From positions 1,270 through 65,269 of the forward strand of contig RDXM01000119.1 in NCBI GenBank assembly GCA_004292595.1: a DNA stretch of 64,000 nt, in the 5' to 3' direction. Origin of the DNA: Candidatus Kapaibacterium sp. Its GTDB lineage: Bacteria; Bacteroidota; Ignavibacteria; Kapaibacteriales; UBA4661. Below the pieces are notes generated by a model that worked only from the letters and a program-made list of their open reading frames with translations, was not told the origin of the DNA and did not search any database. This document shows positions 1 through 7,898 of this stretch, piece after piece. How positions within the stretch are numbered: position 1 is the first letter of the stretch; each line of letters opens with the position of its first letter. Position numbers and translations under genes: made by a program.

Positions 1-182
1 AAGTACGGTAAGGTTTTTTGTTCACTAGCCGCATGAATGCTTGTATTCGTGCGACTTTTTTCGCTTGAAATATTAGCGGACAAAGTCATAGATTCGGTCT
101 GTAGGATGCGCAGGTGGTTATAAATGCGAACTTTAGCTACTGACGACTTGGGAGCTTCCGCGTTGTGTACGACCTCTTGCAT
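1..182 (-). CDS. hypothetical protein, N-terminal part only (frame runs off left edge)
   Basis: ATG at 182-180 on the minus strand opens a stop-free frame to position 1 (MQEVVHNAEAPKSSVAKVRIYNHL...). No motif recognised. Absent from the ORF track because there is no stop in the window. Confidence 0.2.
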   Translation of the reverse strand, partial: MQEVVHNAEAPKSSVAKVRIYNHLRILQTESMTLSANISSEKSRTNTSIHAASEQKTLPY

Positions 183-194
183 ATTTACTACATC

Positions 195-1025
195 TCACCC
201 ATTTTTCAAACCAATAAAAGCAACCATGCGTCCTGCTGCTGCGCCGTCCCGCCGGTGCGAGTGATAGCGCGTGTGCGTCATCGTGCAGCCCTGTGAAAGC
301 TCTACTTTCCTGCATTTCACGCCAGCAGCGACAAGTTGATGGAGGATTTTTACACGATTATCAAATAAAAATTCTTCTGCATTCATGCGCCGAATCACTG
401 GTTCGCAGAAGTCGAATTCTTTCGCAACATCTTCTCGAACAACGTAGCATTTTCCCGAAGCACAGGGCGAGATGTACGCAAGCAATGATGCGGGGTCTGT
501 GCCATATCGGTTATACATTTTTTGAATACCTTTCTGCACAATATTTGTCGCCGTGCCGCGCCAACCCGAATGAATCGCAGCAATCGCCTTGTGCTGAGGG
601 TCGTAGAGCAGAATTGCCGCACAATCAGCAATACCTACACAGAGCGTCAAATCAGGTGTTTGAGGAGAATTTGCTTGTGCGCAATACATCAGCCCGTCTG
701 ATTCGATAAACGGCTCGTGCGTGGGGTCGTCCAGCAACGCCTCGCAGACGCAATCGCCATGCACTTGCTGCTGAAAGCGCACCGTTTCTCGTTTCACGCC
801 GAGATAGTGTGCAAACAAAGCGCGATGCTGCTCTACTTCTTCCACGCTCAAAATCTGCGCTTTCAAGAGCGAAAAACCTGTGGTGGGAAAAAGCTCTGCA
901 TTACGCTCGGTTACGCCCGCGACAACGTTTGACGGGAAAATATGTGGTCGTTCAATGCGCACACGAGCCGTAAATTCTTGCTGAGAAGGTATCATATTTT
1001 TTGTGAAAAAGCGGGCAATCCCCAA
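195..1025 (-). CDS. pgeF: YfiH/PgeF family (DUF152, laccase-domain) purine nucleoside phosphorylase-like protein
   Basis: 276-aa ORF with the HSGWRGT motif and a C-terminal CT..YHSHRRDG..GR signature typical of YfiH/DUF152. Confidence 0.85.
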   Translation of the reverse strand: MGIARFFTKNMIPSQQEFTARVRIERPHIFPSNVVAGVTERNAELFPTTGFSLLKAQILSVEEVEQHRALFAHYLGVKRETVRFQQQVHGDCVCEALLDDPTHEPFIESDGLMYCAQANSPQTPDLTLCVGIADCAAILLYDPQHKAIAAIHSGWRGTATNIVQKGIQKMYNRYGTDPASLLAYISPCASGKCYVVREDVAKEFDFCEPVIRRMNAEEFLFDNRVKILHQLVAAGVKCRKVELSQGCTMTHTRYHSHRRDGAAAGRMVAFIGLKNG

Positions 1026-1064
1026 TGACGGAATGTGAACAATAGTCTTTCACGTTGTGTCCGC

Positions 1065-1964
1065 TTATCCTTGAATTTTTTGACGCTTTGCTAAATACTG
1101 CACAAGCGCGGTATCGAAGGGTTCTGCGGTGTCCAAGAGGGCATAGTCGATGTTGCGCTCGCGGCAGGTCATTTTGAGCGTTTCGGTGAAGGTTTGGAGG
1201 GCTTCTGCGTAGGATTGCTTGATTTGATACGGCTGCGTGGTCAGTTCTTCGCCGCTTTCCATATCGCGGAAAACGGCATCCAGACCGAAGTTAAAATCGC
1301 GTTCTCTGGGGTCGAGAATTTGAAACGCCAAGACTTCGTGATTATTGTGGCGAAAGCGTTTAAGCGCGGTTGCGATAGTGTGCACATCGTCAAAAAAATC
1401 GCTGAGAATAATAACCAAGCCGCGCCGCGAAATGCGCTCGGCAATGTGGTTCAGCGCAAGCCCAGTGCCAGTTGCGTTGCTGGGTGTGGTGTTGCCTAAG
1501 GTGCGCAGAATTTCTTGGATGTAGGATGTTTTCGAGCGCGAGGGCAAGTACGTCCGCACATCGGTATCATAGAGTGCCAGCCCGACGGCATCTTGCTGTT
1601 TCATCATTAAAAAAGCCATTGCCGCCGCCAGATAGCAAGCGTACTCGAACTTGGTGATGTTGCCCTTTGAAGCGTAGTTCATGGACGCGCTGGAATCCAC
1701 GATAATCGTGCAACGCAGGTTCGTTTCGTCCTCGTATTGCTTCACATAATAGCGGTCGGTGCGGGCAAAGACCTTCCAATCAATGAACTTAATTTCATCG
1801 CCTGGCATATACTGACGATGCTCGGCAAACTCAATACTGAAGCCATGATAGGGCGATTTGTGCAAGCCCGTAATGAAGCCCTCCACAACAAGCCGTGCTT
1901 TCATTTCAATGCCCTGAATCTTTGATATAGTCTGGGGTTGGAGATATTTTCGATGGTCGGTCAT
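1065..1964 (-). CDS. DUF58 domain protein (vWA-like, usually MoxR-associated)
   Basis: KSPYHGFSIEFAEHRQYMPGDEIKFIDWKVFARTDRYYVKQYEDETNL is the classic DUF58 core. No MoxR ATPase gene is adjacent. Confidence 0.85.
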   Translation of the reverse strand: MTDHRKYLQPQTISKIQGIEMKARLVVEGFITGLHKSPYHGFSIEFAEHRQYMPGDEIKFIDWKVFARTDRYYVKQYEDETNLRCTIIVDSSASMNYASKGNITKFEYACYLAAAMAFLMMKQQDAVGLALYDTDVRTYLPSRSKTSYIQEILRTLGNTTPSNATGTGLALNHIAERISRRGLVIILSDFFDDVHTIATALKRFRHNNHEVLAFQILDPRERDFNFGLDAVFRDMESGEELTTQPYQIKQSYAEALQTFTETLKMTCRERNIDYALLDTAEPFDTALVQYLAKRQKIQG

Positions 1965-2010
1965 GGTGTGGAATGATTAAAGGAATAATTGAGCTGTCTG
2001 CACGATAAAT

Positions 2011-2050
2011 AAAAAAAAGCGGCTACTTTCTGCAAGTACCCGCTTTCTTT
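2011..2050 (-). terminator. intrinsic terminator downstream of rplI
   Basis: Minus strand reads GCGGGTAC-N9-GTAGCCGC followed by T8 (A8 at 2011-2018 on plus). It lies 30 nt after the rplI stop. Confidence 0.6.
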
Positions 2051-2080
2051 TTGTATTCGCGCAAATGCCCGAAAAGATAA

Positions 2081-2527
2081 TTACGCTGCGCTCGTAACCC
2101 AGATTTTAAGCGGTGCGTGAACTTCGGGATGCAATTTTACTTTTACTTCAAATTCGCCAATGCTCTTAATCGGCTCGTCGAGCATAATAGTACGACGATC
2201 GATGGTAAAGCCTTTATCGGTCAGTTCTTGCGCAATCATTTGATTGGTTACGCTACCAAAGAGGCGACCTTCTTCGCCAACTTGCATGGTGATAGATACT
2301 TGCGTATCGGCAAGCCGTGCTGCGAGGTGTTCGGCTTCGGTTTTGAGTTTCGCCATACGTGCTTCGTATTGCTTTTTCTCAGATTCCAAAACGCGCATTG
2401 CTTTCGGCGATGCATAGTACGCCAAGCCGCGTGGAATAAGGAAGTTACGAGCATAGCCGTCGCGGACAAGAACTGTCTCGCCGACAGTGCCTAAATGCTC
2501 AACATTTTCACGGAGAATGATTTTCAT
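2081..2527 (-). CDS. rplI: 50S ribosomal protein L9
   Basis: MKIILRENVEHLGTVGETVLVRDGYARNFLIPRGLA is a canonical L9 N-terminus. Length 148 aa. Confidence 0.95.
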   Translation of the reverse strand: MKIILRENVEHLGTVGETVLVRDGYARNFLIPRGLAYYASPKAMRVLESEKKQYEARMAKLKTEAEHLAARLADTQVSITMQVGEEGRLFGSVTNQMIAQELTDKGFTIDRRTIMLDEPIKSIGEFEVKVKLHPEVHAPLKIWVTSAA

Positions 2528-2602
2528 GATAGAATCCTTCGCTTTGAGTTTTCGGGTGTATGATTCAGAGTGTATGATACGAGTAAATGAACAAGGCGGG
2601 AA

Positions 2603-3016
2603 CTACGACGCAACGGCTTCGGTGCTTGTCGCTGCCACTGGAGGCGCAGCAGGTGCATCGTTGCCAATCGTCATGCGCTCTAAGCGATTTTGCAAGAATG
2701 TTTTGCGGAATTCAATCGCATGACTATTCATTTTCAAAGTCAAGTGGCGCAAAACATTTTCTTCCAACTGAAAATACCGCTCTAATTGTGGAATCAGGGT
2801 TCCAGGTGCATCATACATCACATACACATAAAAGCCGTTGTGCTTTTTTTGAATCGGGTAGGCAAGACGACGACGACCCCATTTGTCGAGCGTGGTAATC
2901 GAACCGCCATTGTTTTGGATAAATTCTACCGTGCTGTTGATAATCGGCTCGATAGTTGCGTCCTCAAGCGCAGCATTGACGATAATCGTCGTTTCGTAGG
3001 TATATTTTGAATTCAT
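2603..3016 (-). CDS. rpsF: 30S ribosomal protein S6 with a C-terminal A/P-rich extension
   Basis: YETTIIVN...DKWGRRRLAYPIQKKHNGFYV is the S6 signature. Length 137 aa. Confidence 0.9.
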   Translation of the reverse strand: MNSKYTYETTIIVNAALEDATIEPIINSTVEFIQNNGGSITTLDKWGRRRLAYPIQKKHNGFYVYVMYDAPGTLIPQLERYFQLEENVLRHLTLKMNSHAIEFRKTFLQNRLERMTIGNDAPAAPPVAATSTEAVAS

Positions 3017-3046
3017 TGAAGGAATAAACTCCTATGGGTGTTTGAG

Positions 3047-3078
3047 AAAAAAACAGCTTTTACCAATCGGGTAAAAGC
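3047..3078 (-). terminator. terminator-like hairpin plus U7 inside the rpsF 5' leader (possible attenuator)
   Basis: Perfect 9-bp stem GCTTTTACC (3056-3064) / GGTAAAAGC (3070-3078) with a 5-nt loop. On the minus strand it is followed by TG+T7, about 30-60 nt upstream of the rpsF ATG. Confidence 0.4.
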
Positions 3079-3320
3079 AGGAGCAAAAATGCTTTCGAGT
3101 TGTATAAAAATCACCGAAGATTGAGCTTGGCAGAAATTCTGCACAAGAACAGCGAAATTAGCGGATTTTTCTATTTTCTCCAAAAGAAATCTATGAAGTG
3201 CATCAGCTTTTGCAAAAATGAATGCTCTGTGCAACTTTTTTCGGAGCGTGTGCATCTTCCTTCTAAACACAAACAACGCAAAAAAATCTTCCATAAATCG
3301 CCCCGTGAACGCTTGGATAC

Positions 3321-3854
3321 ATGACCGAAACGCCCGTTCATACACTCCCTAAAAAAGCAGACAGCGACCAACACGCCCGCTTTTGCGCACTCGTTGAGCC
3401 ACATATCGAAGCCGTTGGACGCTTTGTTCATGCCCTTACGCGCAACCGTGAGGAAGCACGGGATATTGTGGGCGATGTACTTTTGCGAGCATTTGAAAAA
3501 CTAGACACGTTGAAACACGAGCAAGCATCAGCCTCCTGGCTGTTTTCGATTGCACGAAATATTGTGTACGAGCGCAAACGGCGCACAAAGTTTTGGGGCA
3601 TTTTCGACGAAACAAAAGCCATAGAACGCCCTTCTGATGCGGCTTTGCCCGACGTTTCTGCCGATGTTGCGCTTTTGCATGAAGCACTCGCAAAACTTTC
3701 CGCAGCGCAGCGCGAAGCAATCACGCTGTTTGAAATTGCAGGGCTTTCGTTGGAGGAAATCCGCCAGATACAAGGCGGGACGGTCTCTGGCGTAAAATCT
3801 CGCGTTACTCGGTCCCGCGAACAACTGAAAAAATGCCTCACCAATGACGAATGA
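3321..3854 (+). CDS. ECF-type RNA polymerase sigma-70 family factor
   Basis: 177 aa. Region 2 reads ARDIVGDVLLRAFEKL..SWLFSIARN and region 4 reads LSAAQREAITLFEIAGLSLEEIRQIQGGTVSGVKSRVTRSREQLKK. Confidence 0.9.
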   Translation: MTETPVHTLPKKADSDQHARFCALVEPHIEAVGRFVHALTRNREEARDIVGDVLLRAFEKLDTLKHEQASASWLFSIARNIVYERKRRTKFWGIFDETKAIERPSDAALPDVSADVALLHEALAKLSAAQREAITLFEIAGLSLEEIRQIQGGTVSGVKSRVTRSREQLKKCLTNDE

Positions 3855-5797
3855 CCAAGCACCAAGCACCAAGTAACCAAGCACCAATGACGAATCTTGA
3901 CGAATACTTCGACCGCGCCCGCCGCGAACAAGCACCTCTCCAAAAGAATGACGTGAGCAGCATTCTTTCCGAGAAGCTCGCAGTGCGTACTCTCAGCGAC
4001 GATGCTCACCGTCGCAGAAAGCGCGTATTTCCTCGTAACGTGGGGCGATTTCCCTCACTTCTTTCTCCACTTCTTTTCCCAAAAGGTTGGATTATGTTTT
4101 CCATGCTCACTGCCGCTCTTGTGGCATTATTCTTGACATTCCCAAACACAAGGAATACTGCGCCTTCTGGCGTTGTTCGCCCTCAACAATCTTATTCACA
4201 ATCTCTTCAACAGCAACAAATTCAAGCAACCAAATCTTCCGTAACAAAACCCCATGCAACGAAGCACCAAGCACCAAGTAACCAAGTACCAAGTAACCAA
4301 GTACCAAGTAACCAAGCCACTGACAGCCTTCCCACGCCCTACGATGTTGTAGAAATTGACGACGAACCATTTGTGGACGCAAGCGAACTCACCAAACACA
4401 CGCACTATCCCGAAGAATACAAGAAACTCGGCATCGAAGGACAAGTAACGGTGCGGGGGTTGGTGTTGCCGAATGGAAAAATTTCACCACGTTCTTTTGT
4501 GGAATATTCCGATGGCAAGGTGCTTGATTCCGCCGCACTTACGGCAATGTTTGCTTCGCGCTGGCAGCCCGCTACGCGAGGTGGCAAGCCTGTTGCCTGT
4601 TGGGTGAGTGTGCCGTTTCACTTTCGTTTGAATGAGCGTGCAGGAAAAAATCGTATTGAAAAGGCGCAAATGCTCACTTTGAGCGATGAAGAGCTGCGGA
4701 AGATAGGTGTGGAGCGCGATACGGCGGATATTCTGCGGATTTATGGCTGGGATAAAGCACATGAGAATTTGTACCAAATGAAAACCAGCATCACGTCTGC
4801 CATTACGCCCAAGCTCATGCCAGATAGCGTTTTTAAGGAGTATATTCGCACTCTTCGCAAGCAAGGGAAAGAGGCACTTGCTGATAGATGGGAGCTTACT
4901 CAGTGGGAACACGGTAAACAAGCGTTGCGAGATTTGTTTTCTGATAGCATTCACAACATCAGCAAAACAGGATTGGTGAGTATTGTTTCTGCACAGCAGC
5001 AAGAGCATGAAAAAATTGAGCGCATTCGTCATCATATCTTCCCTCGCTTAGTTACGGACGGACATAATTTTCGTTATTCGATTGATGTTTCCGATGCACC
5101 GCATTTACAAGTGTTGCGCGAAATTCATGCAAAAGCCGATTCTGCATGGCAGCAAGCAAAAGCACAAAAGCTAGATTCTGCGCAGGTTGTCGCTAATTAT
5201 GAAAAAGTGTGGAGTTCGTACAGAGATAAACTTGTCACTCCAGAGCAAGCGAAAAAACTTGAACATCAATTCGAGCAAGAAAAATCTGACATCAGCAAGC
5301 TCATCGGTATTCGCGTACAATCAGCGCAAAAACGCTCCGAAGGCGATGAATACTTGCTTTGGTACGACCCCGCGCCTGAGTTTATCGCGCTTTTGCCAGA
5401 GCGGTATCGTGTGGGTTTGCAGCGCGAAGTCGAAACGGCGAAGAAGTACGCTACCACGTGTGAAATCCCCACCGAAGAAGAAAAGAAGGCAGTTGCAGGC
5501 TATTTCGATTCGTGGCGGTCATGCGATGGCGTTTTGAAAATTACGAATCTCTATCCGAATCCCGCAAACATTCAAGCAACGGTGCGCTTTACGCTGCGCG
5601 AGGCACGAAGCATCACGCTCACGCTGCACAATTTGAACGGTGAACGCCTCGCAATCCTTGAACCTACGCCCCTTCTACCTGCAGGAGAACATGACTTGCC
5701 GCTCGATTTCACAGGACGAAATATAGGAGTGTACCTGCTCGCCCTTTCCACTGACAAAGGCGAAACCGCTATCAAGCGTGTGATGATTGTGCGCTAG
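3851..5797 (+). CDS. sigma-coupled membrane protein with a TonB C-terminal-like domain and a T9SS C-terminal sorting domain
   Basis: ATGA overlap with the sigma stop (an alternative ATG lies at 3887). One TM helix (IMFSMLTAALVALFLTF). TonB_C-like stretch YPEEYKKLGIEGQVTVRGLVLPNGK...SVPFHFRL. C-terminus LYPNPANIQATVRFTL...GVYLLAL matches the Por secretion tail pattern. Confidence 0.75.
   Translation: MTKHQAPSNQAPMTNLDEYFDRARREQAPLQKNDVSSILSEKLAVRTLSDDAHRRRKRVFPRNVGRFPSLLSPLLFPKGWIMFSMLTAALVALFLTFPNTRNTAPSGVVRPQQSYSQSLQQQQIQATKSSVTKPHATKHQAPSNQVPSNQVPSNQATDSLPTPYDVVEIDDEPFVDASELTKHTHYPEEYKKLGIEGQVTVRGLVLPNGKISPRSFVEYSDGKVLDSAALTAMFASRWQPATRGGKPVACWVSVPFHFRLNERAGKNRIEKAQMLTLSDEELRKIGVERDTADILRIYGWDKAHENLYQMKTSITSAITPKLMPDSVFKEYIRTLRKQGKEALADRWELTQWEHGKQALRDLFSDSIHNISKTGLVSIVSAQQQEHEKIERIRHHIFPRLVTDGHNFRYSIDVSDAPHLQVLREIHAKADSAWQQAKAQKLDSAQVVANYEKVWSSYRDKLVTPEQAKKLEHQFEQEKSDISKLIGIRVQSAQKRSEGDEYLLWYDPAPEFIALLPERYRVGLQREVETAKKYATTCEIPTEEEKKAVAGYFDSWRSCDGVLKITNLYPNPANIQATVRFTLREARSITLTLHNLNGERLAILEPTPLLPAGEHDLPLDFTGRNIGVYLLALSTDKGETAIKRVMIVR
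4265..4316 (+). repeat. in-frame tandem repeat (15-bp unit TAACCAAGTACCAAG, about 2.5 copies, plus CACCAAG x2)
   Basis: Read directly from the sequence. It encodes HQAPSNQVPSNQVPSNQ. The 25-nt string AAGCACCAAGCACCAAGTAACCAAG also occurs at 3856-3880. Confidence 0.9.
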
Positions 5798-5829
5798 AAG
5801 TTTGTCAAACAAGTTTTTAGCGTCTCGTG

Positions 5830-5908
5830 GTTTGAGACAAGAGTGGTCTGTGCTACCGATAAATACTGGCTTCGGTAGCACAGACACTCCTGTCTGTGCC
5901 GCTTCAGA
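5830..5908. repeat. family A palindromic element, degenerate copy (A-1), between convergent genes
   Basis: Right end CACAGACACTCCTGTCTGTGCCGCTTCAG matches the family A terminus. Internal perfect 14-bp stem at 5847-5860 / 5872-5885. Confidence 0.7.
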
Positions 5909-5930
5909 TACTTTTAGCGGATTATTCCAT

Positions 5931-7079
5931 TCACCGCACCGCTTCCCACCACGCTTCTTGCGGCAACGTACGCGCACTATTCAAGAATACTGTTTCGCCA
6001 ATGCGTGGCGTAGCAATGGGTATTCCACGCTCTTTTGCAGCTTTTGTTATGCGGCGAATCGGCTCGTCCCACGCATGAAGCGCGAGGGTAAATTTCCCCC
6101 AGTGAACAGGCATTAATGCCTTTGCGCGAAGGTCTTGTGCGGCTTGCACGACTTCTTCTGGCATGAAGTGAATCAATTTCCAGCCAAGATTATATTGCCC
6201 GCATTCTAAAAGAGCGAGGTCGAAAGGACCGTATTTCGCGCCAATTTCGGTAAAATGCGTATCGTAGCCAGAATCACCGCCCAGATACAAACTGTGCGTT
6301 GCTGTTTTCAGAACAAACGACGACCACAGCGTTTGAGCGCGAACAATCCCGCGTCCTGAAAAATGCCGCGCCGGAGTAGCAATGATGCGGATTTCGTTGT
6401 TTTCTTCCGCACTAATTTTTCCTTCTTCCCACCAATCGTACTCTGAGATTTTCTCCTCTGCAATCCCCCAATGTTCCAAATGCTCGCCCACGCCCAGCGA
6501 CGTGTGGAAATGCGCGGTTGTGGGGGCAAGTTTGAGAATTGTTTCGTAGTCCAAATGGTCGTAGTGGTCGTGAGTAATTATCACGGCATCAAGCGGCGGC
6601 ATATCGGAAGCCGCATAAATGCTTGTTCCAGCGTATGCCGCGCTTCCTGCAAAGCTCAAGGGCGAGGCGCGTTTGCTAAACACAGGGTCAATGAGCAAGG
6701 TTTTTCCAGCAATGCGAATCAAATACGACGAATGCCCGAACCAGACTACAAGCGGCGTTGCGGGGTTTGCACTTGCCACAAGTGCCTTCAAATCTTGCTT
6801 GTGGCTGGGCAAAGGCTTTGGCGGCTCTGTTTGTGCGCCATTGCCGAAAACGTACTCCTTCAATAAATCCACCGACGAAACATCGTCCGACATCATCGGC
6901 GTTTCCGACGCATTTTGAAATTGACCATCGCGGTATTGTTTCGATTTTTTCACCCGCTCCAAACGCGCACCGCTTGGGTGCTTGCCGAAAACGGCTTGTT
7001 GCAAAAAGAAAAACGCGCCCGTGCCGACGATTGCGAGAAGTATCACGAATATCACCATAATTTTTTTGAAGAATTTCAT
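5931..7079 (-). CDS. MBL-fold metallo-hydrolase (NAPE-PLD-like) with N-terminal membrane anchor
   Basis: HxHxDH motif (ITHDHYDHLD) and an N-terminal hydrophobic helix. Length 382 aa. Confidence 0.8.
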   Translation of the reverse strand: MKFFKKIMVIFVILLAIVGTGAFFFLQQAVFGKHPSGARLERVKKSKQYRDGQFQNASETPMMSDDVSSVDLLKEYVFGNGAQTEPPKPLPSHKQDLKALVASANPATPLVVWFGHSSYLIRIAGKTLLIDPVFSKRASPLSFAGSAAYAGTSIYAASDMPPLDAVIITHDHYDHLDYETILKLAPTTAHFHTSLGVGEHLEHWGIAEEKISEYDWWEEGKISAEENNEIRIIATPARHFSGRGIVRAQTLWSSFVLKTATHSLYLGGDSGYDTHFTEIGAKYGPFDLALLECGQYNLGWKLIHFMPEEVVQAAQDLRAKALMPVHWGKFTLALHAWDEPIRRITKAAKERGIPIATPRIGETVFLNSARTLPQEAWWEAVR

Positions 7080-7182
7080 TCAATGTTCCCCTGTAATGAA
7101 GCTGTGTTCAGGCTTTTTGTTCAGACTTTCTGTCTAGGCTTTCTGTTTAGGAATGGAAGAACAATAAGTGATAAAAGTTCAT

Positions 7183-7260
7183 AGTGGCTTGAGACTTCTT
7201 GTCTGTGTTTGTCGCTTGAAACCCGCACTAACACTCACAGACAAGAATGTCTGTGCCACT
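7183..7260. repeat. family A palindromic element (A-2)
   Basis: AGTGGCTTGAGACTTCTTGTCTGTG...CACAGACAAGAATGTCTGTGCCACT. It lies 40 nt downstream of the dcd stop. Confidence 0.85.
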
Positions 7261-7299
7261 AATATTTTGAAGTTTATCCACTTAATTTTTGAGCCTTCC

Positions 7300-7845
7300 T
7301 TAGGCTTTTTTCTCAAAATTTTTCCACATCATGGATTCGACGGGAAGCCCCGTGCGCCCGTTGTATTTCGCGCTTTGTTTGGTGTTGTAGGGCGTGAGAA
7401 TTTCTCCCTCAACCACAAAGTAAATAAGCTGTCCAACGGGCATTCCTGCATAGACACGCACGGGTTGTTTTACCGAGATTTCCAGCGTCCACGTGTTGCA
7501 AAAGCCCACGTCGCCCTTGCCCGCCGTTGCGTGAATGTCAATTCCCAAGCGTCCGATACTGGATTTTCCTTCCAAAAACGGCACGTGTTCATGCGTTTCG
7601 GTGTATTCTTCCGTTACGCCGAGATAGAATGTATGCGGCTCCAAGACGTATCCTTCGTCGGGAATTTCAAAGGTGTCAATCAGATTATGCTTTTTTGCAT
7701 CCAAGACGGTATCGCGGTAGCAGGCGAGCGTTTTTCCCAAATGCACATCGTAGCTGTTCGAGCCAAGCGATTCGCGGCGAAAAGGCGTAACCACGATGCT
7801 TCCACGTTCAAGATGGCGTAAAATTTCTGCGTCGGAGAGAATCAT
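7300..7845 (-). CDS. dcd: dCTP deaminase
   Basis: MILSDAEILRHLERGSIVVTPF N-terminus and the GKSSIGRLGI motif. Length 181 aa. Confidence 0.9.
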   Translation of the reverse strand: MILSDAEILRHLERGSIVVTPFRRESLGSNSYDVHLGKTLACYRDTVLDAKKHNLIDTFEIPDEGYVLEPHTFYLGVTEEYTETHEHVPFLEGKSSIGRLGIDIHATAGKGDVGFCNTWTLEISVKQPVRVYAGMPVGQLIYFVVEGEILTPYNTKQSAKYNGRTGLPVESMMWKNFEKKA

Positions 7846-7854
7846 GTTTTTTTA

Positions 7855-7888
7855 AGTGTTGAGTTTTAAGTTGTAAGTTTTAAGTGTT
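7855..7888. repeat. 14-bp-period tandem repeat (GTGTTGAGTTTTAA / GTTGTAAGTTTTAA / GTGTT) in the dcd leader
   Basis: Read directly. It lies 10 nt upstream of the dcd ATG. The mRNA-sense leader contains no G. Confidence 0.8.
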
Positions 7889-7898
7889 CCTTCGTGCA

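Noticed and set aside
3428-4009. 193-aa and 135-aa minus-strand ORFs across the sigma/partner junction
   Set aside because: They are antisense to the sigma-70 region 2/4 motifs and partly generated by the ACCAAG repeat.
7168-7821. 217-aa plus-strand ORF antisense to dcd
   Set aside because: It fully overlaps a motif-supported gene on the other strand. The product is low-complexity and R/F-rich with no motif, typical of a shadow ORF.
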